The notes under the pieces: generated by a model
Told to the model about the DNA's origin: nothing
Seen by the model: only the letters and a program-made list of their open reading frames with translations
Databases searched by the model: none
Made by a program: the position numbers and the translations under genes
Assembly (NCBI GenBank): GCA_044892525.1
Contig: CM097887.1
Span: 72,912,001-72,976,000 of the forward strand
Reading direction: 5' to 3'
Length of the DNA: 64,000 nt
Source: Schmidtea polychroa
Lineage: Eukaryota
In this document: positions 1-13,277 of the stretch, piece after piece
Position numbering within the stretch: the first letter of the stretch is position 1
Layout: every line of letters begins with the position of its first letter

Positions 1-177
1 CTGCAATGACTGCGATGAAAACCAAGTATAGAGCTTTGCCGGACATTGAATCGGATCTTCACCTTAAACTGAGAAACATTGAGCCCGATATTTCTTCTTT
101 AGTTAATAATAAATAAGCCCAACCTTCTCAATACTATTTTTTAAGTCATAATTATATTTTATTTATATGTTTAGCAG

Positions 178-242
<65 letters not shown>

Positions 243-311
243 GCTTTGCATTTTATACACTATTAAAAAAATTAAGTTTACTGGTATGCAATCAACGTTC
301 ATGTACAGCAC
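1..311 (+). mobile_element. 3' end of a degenerate hAT (Charlie/FAM200/ZBED-type) transposon
   Basis: From nt 6 it translates as MTAMKTKYRALPDIESDLHLKLRNIEPDISSLVNNK*AQPSQ, resembling the hAT C-terminal 'KTKYR..L..E.DL.L.L..I.PDI..L....QAQ.SH' signature. The right end near 311 is approximate. Confidence 0.6.
181..240. repeat. (AT)n microsatellite
   Basis: Uninterrupted AT dinucleotide run of 60 nt. Confidence 0.98.
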
Positions 312-639
312 TATGAAAAGATTGGGAATAGAGGATAATTACAATTTAATAAACCTGAATTTACAAAAATTATTGTGTCTCTTATTGAACGCTTAAACGT
401 TATAAATGACAGTGAATGGAACAACGAATAAAATGATGTCAGTCTATTTGAAGTCGTTGAAAAAGCATTATCCATGAAAGGTAGGTTCAAATTGGCTATT
501 GAACAAAATAATGACTTAAAATTAAATTCCCGCGCTCTAATAAAAAAAAATCCGCAACCTTAACGATACTGATTAAAACGATACTGTGCATGAAGACGAA
601 AAAAAGCCGTGGTAAATATTTAACGCTGGCATTCAACTT

Positions 640-990
640 TTTTCATCAATAAAACCAACAAGGGTTGAACCATAGCGAGATTTTTCATCAGCAGAGGTAA
701 TATTCACAAAAATAAAATCTAGACTTAGAAATACCACAATAGATACGATCTGTCTGCACAATAAGATCTTCTAATAGATATTTAAAAGATTTTTTTAATG
801 TTTTTGTGTTGTTTCATTAATATTGAATAAATTATTGAAAAAATATGTATTTATTTAACTTCCTGGCTATTTCTAATACATAATTTTTAATTTAAAAGAA
901 TTTACAGGTAATTTACCCGTAAACCGGTTTTTATTATAAATATTTACCGTTTACCGGTAAAATCAAAACTCGGTAATTTTGCATTCCCTA
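640..990 (+). mobile_element. 3' end of a second hAT element (dimerisation-domain relic plus right TIR)
   Basis: About 661-775 reads RVEP*RDFSSAEVIFTKIKSRLRNTTIDTICLH (hAT 'ER.FS.AG...T..RSRL....ID' motif). It ends in accgg/ccggt-rich subterminal repeats and 'ggtaattttgcattcccta' (990), a TAGGG-type TIR. Confidence 0.6.
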
Positions 991-3011
991 AATCTACTAT
1001 TAGAATCTGCATTGGGTATCACAAAACTTTTCATCTTTTCACTAATTTAAGTTTATAATTTAAAAAATATCTACAGCAATAACAATGCTTTATTTATATA
1101 TTCTTAGAAATTAAAAAAATATATTAAACATAAATTTTAAAGAAGCCTTTTAAGAGCTACATTTTAGTACAGTTAAAATCCATTACCTAGTTAACACGGG
1201 CTTATAAGGTAAATAGTAAAATCTATTTCACTCATTTAGATCTATTTATAATATAAGGAAATTAAAATTTTATGTTATTCACACCTATAATTTGATAATA
1301 TTCATATGAATATATTAATAAATTAATATTGTTTTTATAAAAAAGACGGAAGATAAAAATAGCTTTATTCAATACCAATAACATAATGAAATCAATTTGT
1401 TTTCCCGCGTAGGCGCAGCAAATGAAATAAATATGTAGAGATCAGTGCTCAGATATCGAAATTACCAGAGAAAAAAGCTGCCACCGTCGAGGGAACACAA
1501 TAATAATAATAATAGAAACACACGCACACATTATAAACTCTGGAATCCATTTATACAATAACCACAATAGATATAATATAATACTTTTTACATTATTTAT
1601 TCACTGTTTCTATAGAAAATTTTTAATTTTTTACATAGTTGAGCTACTTGTAAAACTATCCTATACGAAACACCATATCAATCAAACATTTGAAACTTCA
1701 AAAAATAAAAAATAGATAGAATGATATGTAGAGTAAATGATATAAAAAGAAATATTTGACAACAGATTGATTTGTCAAAATTTTAGAATCTGTTTTTGCT
1801 GATTGACTAGTCTGAAATAAAAACACAAATTATATTATGGAGAAAAAGTATGGTAAATTTTCCCATCAAAACCAAAACTGAATGTACCTTTATGTTCCAT
1901 TCAATTGCGTTTTCTCGACAAACAGCCGCACAGTCGAGAAAATTTGTTACGAGTTTTCGATTTTTTCTTTACAACAGTTGCAATAAGTTGTTTTGGTGAC
2001 TTTTCTACAGGATTATTTTCTAACAGATCTGTGGCTGAACATAAATATTATCAGTAATGTAATATGTCTATTTGGTTAATGATAAAAATGTAAATAACAT
2101 TTATGAGTTTCTAAAAATATTAAAGAAATGTGATTTAATTTAAAAGAATATGAACTTGAATATGAAACTGCAGAAAGATAATTAGCAAATGTTTAAATAA
2201 ACGTTGCATATTTACAGCAAATACCCAACATTTAATTTTAATAAAAGGTGTACAAATTAAATTCCTCGTGAGTTTTTATTTTCGGAATTCATACCTTTCA
2301 TAATAATAATGATTCCATTTTGATCAACCATGTGACTCATAACGATGACTCATATCAGTGAATCATTGTTTATGTTCATCCAGTGATGAATACCTTTGTA
2401 TGGTCTAAGAGTCATCGATTAATCCCTCATTACGACCTTGAACTATTGATTATGTCCATTAAATTACGATTTTCAAAAATTTAATGAAAATAATTATATT
2501 AACCTTTATAGGGTCCTGTGGTCATTTTTGACAATAATCATAAACCTAAAATTGTGAAAATAAGATACAAATATTCATGTTGTGAACTTTTAATAATTAA
2601 GCTACACATTGAACGAAAATGACCATCGAAGAACGATATAAAATTGAAAGAAAAAGAATAGTAACAATAAAAGATATAAAAATTATTAAATCAATAATAA
2701 AGATTGGAGACTTCTACAAAAAATAGTTAAGACTTTTAAACCCATAGATCATAAATGTCCAAAAACAGGTAACAGAAATAAGGAATTGCGAAGTGAGTAA
2801 TTTATCATAATAAAAACAAAGAAGAAAAACACAGAATATTTGAAGTGAAGGAAAACTGACAAAAATTATTCAAGTCCATCATCTTTTTGTTCAAAAATGT
2901 CAGTAAGAAATACTAAATGAGAGTGGAATGTTTATATTACAAAATCTAAAGAAACTAAAAAACATTCGAAAAGGATTTAACATTAATAATGATAATGCTA
3001 AAAATCGTATT

Positions 3012-3140
3012 CCGACAATCCGCCAACACGACAATCCAGCAAGTACGACAATTCGCCAAACGACAATCCGCCAACACGACAATCCAGCAAGTACGACAAT
3101 TCGCCAAACGACAATCCGCCAACACGACAATCCGCCAACA
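3012..3140. repeat. Tandem array of eight 15-17 bp 'cgacaatccgccaaca' monomers (48-bp higher-order unit); probable DNA-transposon subterminal repeats
   Basis: Monomers start at 3013, 3029, 3046, 3061, 3077, 3094, 3109, 3125. This explains the repetitive ORFs 2900-3130 and 2928-3203. Confidence 0.9.
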
Positions 3141-3319
3141 CTAAAAAATTGGCCAACGCTGACATTTATAAAAAAAAATATTTGTAGGTCATCATATTTT
3201 TGAAGAAAAAGATGATTAAAAAACCCAACAGAATTTGTTTTTATTAAAATTATTTATTTTATCCTTTAACATTTTTAAACACAAATTAATGAAATGAAAA
3301 ACAAAAAACTGTTCATCTA

Positions 3320-3505
3320 ATAACTTATTCTGACAAATGCATAAATCCAGAAACTCCATGAACATAGGCAAGTTTGTCACCCCATTGAGAATAGTTTTGA
3401 CACAAATGAATGACGTTTTCATTGGTCCATATGTACTGAGTGCTTTGCTTTTTCTTGTATTTTCCTTTTCTTGTACGCTTAAAGGGAAGCGTATCATCCA
3501 TCTTT
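3320..3505 (-). mobile_element. Possible MULE transposase C-terminal relic
   Basis: A minus frame reads MDDTLPFKRTRKGKYKKKQSTQYIWTNENVIHLCQNYSQWGDKLAYVHGVSGFMHLSE*, resembling the invertebrate MULE ending '..I...Y.....L.YL..I(A/S)'. It points towards the repeat array at 3012-3140. Confidence 0.3.
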
Positions 3506-5446
3506 TTTAAATGAAAATGTTTAAGTTTAAGTAAGTTAATTAAGTTTAAGTAATTTTAATATTAACTCGCAAAATGTAAATTAATTATTTGTTGCAATTA
3601 AATTGAAAATTAATATTTACCTCTCAGCCAGTTAAATTGTTTAAATATTTAATTAAAATTTTATATTAAACAATTACTATTTGATTCTTATTTTTCAGCG
3701 GAGAATTTATTATTAAAATTTTAAAAATATAATAAATTTAAAATGTATGTATGTTAAAACAAAAATTTATCGACTTTTTGGCAGATTGTTTGAAACATAT
3801 TGTTTGATTTCATTATTCCTTATTCTCCTTAGGTACATCGGAACTGAAGAGGTATTTAGTGTAGTAAAGACAACGTAATATAACAAAATACCTATTTCCC
3901 AAAATAATTTTGAAATTATAAATAAGATTAATGAAGTTTTCAGAATCAAAGGATGATTGAATAAATCAAAATAAAAGTAACATAAACCTTCATCGTAACA
4001 TTTGCTGCATATAATTCGAAATAAACAAGTATATTTGATTGCGGAAAATTAATTAGTTATGAGTATACAAATAATTCGTAAAGGATTATTAAGATGCAAT
4101 ATAGACTTTTTAAAGATATAATATCATATATAAAAATAGTATTAAGAATATGCAGTGCGTATGTGCTGGCTAGGCGAACACTGCTTCTACTTAGGGCGCA
4201 GTATCTCAAGGAGCGCAGGAACAATGATCATTTTTTAATAATTTTTTCTGAAATTTTGGAATTTTGACTATTCATTAGATATATTCCTATAATTTTTAAT
4301 AAGGAAAATTAATTTGTAATAACTGTAGAGGTAGCTATCTTTGTTGTTATTTTCAATAAAAATGTTGTTAGAAAATCAGGAATTTATTATTTCATTCTAA
4401 AAATCTGATTGATTTCTTAATATGCACCAGTTTGAATTCTCCCGCCTGAGAATGTTTAAAAATTCAATGACTAAAATTCTAATATAATTCAAATAACGAG
4501 ATATCCATTTCCATATTGTTTTTCTGTCTAATAGAATGCTTTATTTATTTTTCTTGTTGGTAAATATTTTAAGTCGAAAATCTTTCAATTAATAAACACA
4601 GCAGAAATCGCTTACCTATTTTATGAATTATATTTTTATAAATAATTCTGCAACCGACAAATTATTAGAAAGTTTTTCTAAAAATTTCAGAGCCAGACTA
4701 AATATCAGATAAAGACAAAAATTTATTTAAATTATATTTTTTGTAAGTATATCAAGTAAACAATAAAAGAGAAACATCAGTTAAATTTATTCTAGCTGTG
4801 ACATTAAACCAATATTCAGAAAATGAAAATCTTATCATAAGCAAGTACTCGAAATTCCATTCATCTGATAAAATCAAAAACACCAATTCCAAAACGGTAA
4901 AACTCCAAAAATATTATTTAGCAACGTGAAATATATTTCAGCACTTCAATTAAAATATAACCACATTTTTGTAAATAAATTCATTTATAATATTTATTAC
5001 TTATTAGCTACAGTGTTTTTCGTATTTATTGTATCCATAGTTAGAATTCAAATTATAAATAACTTTTTTTAAATTCAAAAAGTATCTACCCTATAATATT
5101 ATTCAAAAAATATCTTCTGAGGAAAATATTTCAATGTAGTAATATATAAATAAGGAATTCAACAAAACACATCAAACAATAACATAAATTCATAAAATCT
5201 TCAATTAATTTGACATTTAAATTGTTATAAATATTAATTAATTTAATTAATCACTATAATTAATTAATTTCATACATTACTAGCGCGGAGTGACTTTCGA
5301 TCATCCTGTATTCAATCTCAATATTTTTATATTCATTAAACTCATGTTTTTTATAATTAATTTTAAAACAACTTAATTACTTATTTTTAATGAATTATAA
5401 CATTTTTTAAATCATAAATATAATTTTGTCTATAAGTAAAATAAAA

Positions 5447-8400
5447 CTAACTTGAAATTAAAGTACATTCGTCACAATCTGCTAATTTCGCACGAACAGG
5501 GTGCCTGTCAAGTAAGATATTGAATAGAAGATCATTAGATGATTCGTCATCAATATAAGGAAAATCATAAATTCTTTCACCGAACCGTAACGAAATATCA
5601 GCCTTCGACGGGGTTACAGAATCAGGGTATAGATCATCGTCATTTATTATCAAATTAGTTTGCTGTTCAATAAGTTTCAATTCAGAATCTGTTTTCTTTA
5701 ATAAATCACAAACACCATCTAAGGCTGGAGAACGTTTCATTTTGCTTCTATGTGGAATAGGTAATGAGCAATATTCATTAGGAGTTGCAGGTTTCAAAGA
5801 ATAGCCTTTATCGCTTAAAAATAAATGAGTATCATCAAAAATGACTTCGTGGGAATTTCCCCTCGAGAAATAGCTGGGCTCATTTTCTTTTGATATAGTT
5901 GGTTTGTTGCTGGATAAGGCAGATATAAACAATGAATCGACGGTTTGACTAGTAGTCATAGGATGATTGTAAACAGATTCCTCAAAAGAATCATCTTGTA
6001 CGATTGTTTCAACTGCTGATTGAGAATCAGAAACGAGATCAGAGTCACAAATAATAGCGGAGTCTCTATTGGAGCTGATGCTAGTTTCTACAGATACTTT
6101 GTTAATGAGTTGCAACCCTTGTTGCATCAAAGTTGAGTCTGTTCCTTGTTCTTCAAATTTTATTTGATTTCTATCTTTATTAAGAAAAATGCATAACATT
6201 GGATTTAACATGGAAGATTTATCAAAATTATCGGCATGGAATTCAGGATCACTACTGCCAATTACTAAATTAAACTGATCATTGGTTTCAACGTCAAGTA
6301 ATTTTGGATTCGAACAATTATTGCTGCCAGAATTACTAATTGCACTAATATTTGTTAATAAATTTATGTCCTGGTGGTTTGTATTGTCATCAATGAGACA
6401 CGCATTTACTCCAGTTTTACCAACATTATGAATCTGGCTATCTATAGATATTATCTCTCGGCAACCTTGATTTTTTAGTCGATCAATATAATATTCATTT
6501 GCTATCACTTCTAATTTTCCAGTATAGCTTGCTTCTTTCAATTCTCTGCCTTTTGTTTCATTGGTTGCCCGACTAGCAGCGTGTTGGCTAGCAACCGATG
6601 ACACACAAACCGGTTGATTTGGATGTGTCATACTAGTTTCAGATGTAGGAATAAACTTTTCATACAAATTATCAGTACTTAGATTTTCATCTAAACTTTC
6701 CTTGGATAATGTAGTCACGAGTGATGAATCATTCGATTCGATTTCTTGCAATTGCAAATTTTCATTTATTTTTCTTTCATTCCAAGAAATATCTATATTA
6801 AATCCATTAGAATTTGATTTACTATTTTCAGGCATCGAAGTAAATTTTTGAAGAGAATTTTTCATATCTATTTCGACTGCTATTTGGTTTGGTATAAATG
6901 ATGTTTCAGTTGATGACAGAGAAAAATTTAAATCATTTTCCATTAAAATCACATCGTAATCAATATTTAAATTTTGATTACTAGTATAAATTAGAGGTAT
7001 TTGATAAGTCATGCAGTTTTCAGATTTATTAGTTTTATTATTAGTTGATTGAATTGATTTTTTTTGATTTATATGAGGTAAATTCCCTAAATCAGAATTG
7101 TGAAATGATTTTGAGCATGTTTGGGAACTTAATTTTTCTAAGTTGATTTTTATTTGATCTTCATTGTCAAGATTGGGTAGGGTTACGTCAGTAGTTGACT
7201 GAAAGCTTAAAGTATGTTCAAAGTTTTCTTCGGGGAAATTTGATGCCATATTGATTTGGATTGAAACGATATCATTGGTTAAATTATGATCAACTTCATT
7301 GTCACTGTGATTGGATAATTTGTCATCAAATTCTTCGCTAATTGGTTCCAAATCGCTAAAGTACTCCTCGTCTTTTGTAATCACCTTGAGTGAGTTTAAG
7401 GAAGTGCATTTTTCTTCAGTTTCTTGTAAATGAAGGCCGTTTTCGGATTCACTAAGGTTTTGTTCATTGTTATTAAAATTTATTTTGATCTCATTTTCAT
7501 TATTAGTCAATTGTTCATTTTTAGTAATCAAAGCAAAATTAGTCCTATCTTCTTGATTTTCTCCAGGCAATTCGCTTGCTAATGGTACTTCGGTATACGT
7601 TTCGCATTCTTTTAATTTCGCTGTGTTTTCGTTTTCAGGCTCAGTCAATGTAAAAGAGTCAGAAATAAAGTTTATTTTGATCTCATTTTCATTATTAGTA
7701 ATCAAAGTACAATTAGTGCCATCTTCTTGATTTTCTCCAGGCAATTCACTTGCTAATGTTACTTCGGTATACGTTTCGCATTCTTTTAATTTCGCTGTGC
7801 TTTCGTTTTCAGGCTCAGTCAATGTAAAAGAGTCAGAAATTGTTGCATTAATAATATTCATTTGTTCAAAGTTATCTTTAAATTTCATCTTGTGATCTTT
7901 ATTTGTTTCGCTTTTCTCTTCAATTACTAATTTTAACTGTTTTTCATTAATGCCCTGATTTCCGTTATCTTTATTATGCTTTGCATTGGTACCGGTGGTA
8001 TCAAAGGAAACTCGATCTTCGTTTCTTAAAAACGACGAATCTTCATCATTACAATTATTATTCTTGATTTCAGAAAACAAAATGCTTTCAATATTAGGAA
8101 TGTAATTTTTTTCAAAAGATAAATTTCTTAGTTCTCCCGTTATATCTTTATTCGTGTATTTTTCGTCATTTGAATGGATTGTATTATCACTTGATTGAAT
8201 GATATAAGTATGGAAATCCGGCTGTTGATCTGACTGTATGGAGACATTTCTTTCTGAATTTTCTTCGGAATTAATTAAATAATTCGCTAAAATAGGACTG
8301 GTGTCATATTCTGAGGTTTTCACGAAGCTATCTCGAAATTCTATGTTGGGATTTTGATCAAATGACTCAGGGATAATGGAAATTGTATTGGGTTCTTTAC

Positions 8401-10166
8401 TACAAATATTTCCAGTTTCCAATTTCTCTAAATCTTCCACATGAGAACTGAAAATTCCTCCAATTTTACTTTCATCTCTAAGTGAGCTCTTAATCTCATC
8501 GTTTATCAAAGAAATACAAGGATTATTCTCAATAAATTTCAGTGTATTTTCAGTCTGTATAGTATTATCTATTTCTTCTGTCTTGTAATTGCTTTGTATT
8601 TTGTCCTCATTTTTATTGACGATTTTTATTTCTTTACTTTTATTTAGGTATGAATTATCTTCGTATTCCAAATTTCCTTTCTCAAAGTTTTGATGTATTT
8701 CTTGGCAATTTCCTGTTAAATCTTCTGATAATTTTGAAGCCTCTACTTTGCTTTCTTCAGACGTTCTGGTGCGATCGATATTTATTTCACTTTCATTTTC
8801 AACTTCGCATCTTACGTAATTCCTAGAATAATTTTCAATTTTTTCTTCCTCGCTCCAATTTCGAATTGTCTGTGAAGTTTCTAAATCGGTAAGTAAATTT
8901 TTAGAATTTCTAACAAGTTCGTCGTTATTGAGGTCTTGATATACTTTCTTTTCACAATTTTCCACTGGAAGAAATGATAATTTTGAATCTTTTTCTATAA
9001 GTTCTTCGGAATTTTTAGTGAAATAAATATCCATTTTATCATCAACTTGATAGTTTATTTTATTTTCGAAATCATCTTCGAATTTTATTTCTTTTTTCAA
9101 ATTTTGGAAAGAGTGAGGATTTTCTAAGTCCGTTGGCAAATGTTTCGAATTTTCCACAGGTTCGCTTGAAAAAGATATTTTAGATTTTAAATTAGATTCG
9201 TTAGAATCGTTTAACGAATTTCTCAAATTATAGAAATTCTCAGATTCACTTTGAAAACTCTCTTTACGAAGTATTGTATTTTGATCCGCATATTTATGAC
9301 TTTCAACCACTTCAACATTTTCATTTTCAATTAAATTTTCTTTGCATGGATCGTCTCTCTTTGTTGTATTATTTTCATCATCCTGTTTTATTTCACAATT
9401 ATCTTTATTCTTATTTTCACTGTCAGGCGTATGTGTTAATAATTCTTCGTTCTTTATATTCTCATGGGGTTCACTGAATTTTAATCCTCCAAATCCAAAA
9501 AGTGCGTGTAATTTAGTCATTAAAGTATGTGATCTTGATTTTTCATGTTCTGCAACTACGGGAGCTGTTCTGACTGTCTGAAAATTTTGTATTTCCATAG
9601 AATTACTACTTTCAAATAATAATTTATCAATATCAACCAAACCATCTTCAGTTTCCATTACTGAGAATACTTCATCTTCTTCGGGTAATTCGTTGACTTT
9701 AGAAACGTTTCCAGATGACTTTTTATCTGAAGATGAAGACGCTATATCTGAACTGCTAGTTTTTGAAGATATCGGGATTCCAAGCTTATTATTTTGGTGT
9801 GACATAATTTCTTCAATTTCAGAAGAACTTCCACAAATTGAATCAAGACTTTCTGTAGTAATTTTAAATCTAATTTTTGGAGATACCTTTGCTGAATTAT
9901 TGCCATTTTTTTCACATTTCAATAAGTTTTCTTTATTGATGGTTAAAGCTTTTTCTATGTCATCGTCATTAACATCACCGGGATCATTAGGATCATCCGA
10001 ATTAAATGGCAGTTTTTCAAATAAATCTTCATTTTCATTTAAAATATAATCAATAGAAATAGTTTCCTGAAAAAATTCGTCATTCCATTTCAATTCTAAT
10101 GTTAATGCTTGATCAGCCGACACGTTTGGAACTTGAAATCGGTGAGTAGATAATTCAGATTCAACT
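5447..10166 (-). CDS. Giant terminal exon (4720 nt) of a 1653-aa protein: end of the CBM20-like domain plus acidic N/E/S/D-rich low-complexity tail
   Basis: The 1558-aa ORF extends upstream without a stop to the acceptor 'tatcttttcggtatcag|a' (AG at 10168-10167). Its first base completes the split AG|A Arg codon from exon 13519-13278. Stop TAG at 5449-5447. Confidence 0.9.
7480..7840 (-). repeat. In-frame 174-bp (58-aa) tandem duplication inside the giant exon
   Basis: ISDSFTLTEPENE(S/N)TAKLKECETYTEV(T/P)LASELPGENQED occurs twice. DNA copies 7521-7666 and 7695-7840 are offset by 174 bp. Confidence 0.95.
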
Positions 10167-13100
10167 CTGATACCGAAAAGATAAAATATAAATAAAAATA
10201 TTCGATTAATTAATTTATGGCTGTGTAAGAGTTAAATAATAATTATATAATCATTGGATCTGTTGGGCAAAAACTGAAGTTAGGCCCACGTAGCAGTAAA
10301 ATGATGGTAGTGCGTCGGAAAATAACACGCTAACACAGGCCTAAATAAAGTTAAAATAGAAACACGTAAAACATCAAGTAAAGACCACTAAGAGAACTTA
10401 AACAACATCAAACTAATAAAACACAAAAAGAAAATAAAACAAATTCAAACATAACATAGATAAATAACAGAAAGTAAACAAATGCGAGTTAATGGCGATA
10501 AAAGAAAGTAGGAATGGAAATGGAAAAGATTTCCACAAAATATCATTAAAAAATCAATTAGCAGTCAAAATTATAACAGAAATGATAAAAAATGCTAGAA
10601 TATTCTATAAAAATGGCGAAATCCATTATCGTCTCCAAAAACTAGTTGAAGTTAACTAAAATATAAAATATTTAGACATTAAATTATCAAAAACTAAAAT
10701 AAAATAACGTAAGAATTAAAAGAAATAGGAATTATATATAAATATTATTAAAGTAGCATAGAATATTCTAGAAAATGGCCATATCCATCATGACGGAAAA
10801 ATTTATTAAAATTAAATAAAATATAAAAATCAGAAAAAAAAGTAAATCATAAATTATAAAAAATCGAAATCAAAATTGATAAAAATTCAAATTCAAAATT
10901 AATCAGAACTAAAATAATTCAAATTTGTTTTACTGAATCAGTGCAAGAACACATATTCGCTCACCAAAATCAGACTTCAAATACTGATGCATTTCAGTTA
11001 CAATTTAATGCTGAAATTTTGGGTGGACCAAATTTTTCTGAATTTGTGCCAGCTTGAAAAATTTGTATTAGTACTATGTCTATGTAGTCTAGATTTTTCA
11101 TTATGTGATTAAAGTTTTGAATTGACTTCTTTTTTTTGTTGTTCTCAAAAAAAAATTCACTTTCATACAATAAAATCGCTAAACCTTTTTTGACTCACAG
11201 TCACCTTTTTAAATGACAAGGTAGTAAATCATGAATGATATTAACCTACAAGGAGTGAGCAGATCCTACTACAAGGTTCATCGATAATCTCCTTGCGGCC
11301 AGTATGGATGATGGCTAGTGAAAGGTGAAAACGTACTTAACGCCTCGGTGTTAGCGCTACCACGCATCCGTACCAAGCTCGCGACAGGTAAGTCGGGCAA
11401 TTGCGGAGCGCCACTGGCAAAAGTACAATCAGATAGGAAGATCTGTGAACTTTTACGGGTTACCACCATCTTTGAACCAGATAAATAATAATTAGCATGT
11501 TTTGATTTTAAATGTCCTATTAGATCCTTTGGGAGTACAATATCTTAGATTTGGTAATGTTAATACGACGCAATACATCTATTTTTAACCAATGTTTATT
11601 TTAAAATCCTAATATAATGTAGGAAAAAATATGCCTAATTTTTGATCAGATAATAATTTCAAAATTGCAGATCGATTTTATTTTTAAAAATATTTCACTT
11701 ATTAAAACAATATTGTTTTTATTGATGTTCTAAATTTAGCTCATAGCAGTGCGAAAAGGATTTCCTTGATTATTTAATTGGTTTTATAAGTAATATCAAT
11801 GGGACACTTTATTTATAATATTTAAAAATAATCAATAATGTGATATTTTTTTCAGGTTAATTAAAAGGCAAAAGAAAAATAATAAATTAAATATATTAAT
11901 TTACATTATTTATTGTAAGTAAATAAATAGATAAAAAATAAATTGATAAACGTTTTGAAAGTTTGTATGTGTGTGTCTTTGAGGGTATCGGGGTTTATAA
12001 CAATTTTTGTTGGATTTTTAAAAGTGGTCTACTCTAATTTGAAATACAATTTGGCACCAGAATTTTTGAAATTTTGTGTAGAATTGTCATTTTATTCTGC
12101 TTAACAAAATATTTTTGTTTTAATTTTAAAAATATGTTGATTATTTGAAATTTAAAAAGATTTTTGGACAGAACCACGAGTTCAATTTTATTGGTTAATA
12201 TTGCAATAGACGCAGAATTAAATTTATAATAAGGTAAATGTTTGATAATCAATTTCATGTTCAGTACAAGTGTTCAAATTTAAATTTAGAAATAATAATG
12301 CGTGTTTGTAAATTTCGACATTTTCATATTTTTTCCACACTAATGGACTTGGAGATTTTTTCTCAATATAACATATTTGAAATTTTGAAAACAAGTCATT
12401 ATTTCGTTGAAAAATAACCAAAATCTGGGTAAACCACATATACCTTCATTATGTCCAATTTCAACAAATTTTACATCCAAAGAGGCAAATTTTAATTACC
12501 AGACTTTTCGAATAAAAATTTGATCAGATAAATATTTCTGTTTGAATTCCACAATTTTTTTTTGTCCCATGCTTTAAAATATTTCCGAAGCTTTTTACAT
12601 TAGTTCAACAATGTATACTCAAATTTCTAAAACCTGCTGTAGTGTTCGAAATTTAATAAACTGATATTATTCAGAAATTAATTTCAAGTTTCTTGGTGAT
12701 AAAATACAAATCGTCATTTAGTTTCAATAAAATTTAAATTAATTAAATTTAATAAATTTCTAAAACCAGAAATGATTACTCAAAATTGATTATAAATTTT
12801 CACCTTTATAATAATTTCAAATAGTTCTTATTGTAATTAGATTTTGAATTGAATTCCTAAAAAAAGTTATTAAATTTAATTAAATTAATTTAATTTGAAA
12901 ATATTGTATTATTTTTTAATTATTACCTATTTGTAGTTTACCTTTGAAATATGGTAATGTTTCGGCCAGTTTTTTAATTAATTATTTTTTAGATTAATTT
13001 GTTATATATACCTCTTGAGTGACACCCTTTTAGTTTTTATTATTTTATACAATCCCAATAATAATACTAAATACAGAGCTAAAGTTTGAAATTATATTTA

Positions 13101-13277
13101 TATTTTTCAGCATAAAATCCATATAACTATATTCCAATAAATGTGACAACCAGGAGATTCTAATTACTACATAAAAAAAAGTTAGTTAAAAAGATTAAAT
13201 AAGGCTTTTAAATTTATCTCTTATGAGAATTTTTTAAATTTTTCCTATTTTGATAATTAACATAAAAATAGATTTAC

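Noticed and set aside
1910-1942. 10-bp stem-loop (ttttctcgac/gtcgagaaaa) as a Helitron end or terminator
   Set aside because: No CTRR terminus nearby, and intrinsic terminators are not expected in this eukaryotic context.
2330-2370. AP-1-like TGACTCA pair (and an AGGTCA cluster at 15751-15778)
   Set aside because: Short motifs with no positional or conservation support; likely parts of repeats.
3012-3140. CRISPR-like look of short regularly spaced repeats (also 24068-24270)
   Set aside because: No unique spacers, eukaryotic context and no cas genes; these are tandem subterminal repeats.
9274-10049. Plus-strand ORFs antisense to the giant exon
   Set aside because: Antisense shadows of a long open frame; no independent features.
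12224-12800. Coding-like minus-strand stretch in the CBM20-like gene intron
   Set aside because: Broken frames, not needed for phase continuity of the gene, and no recognisable family.
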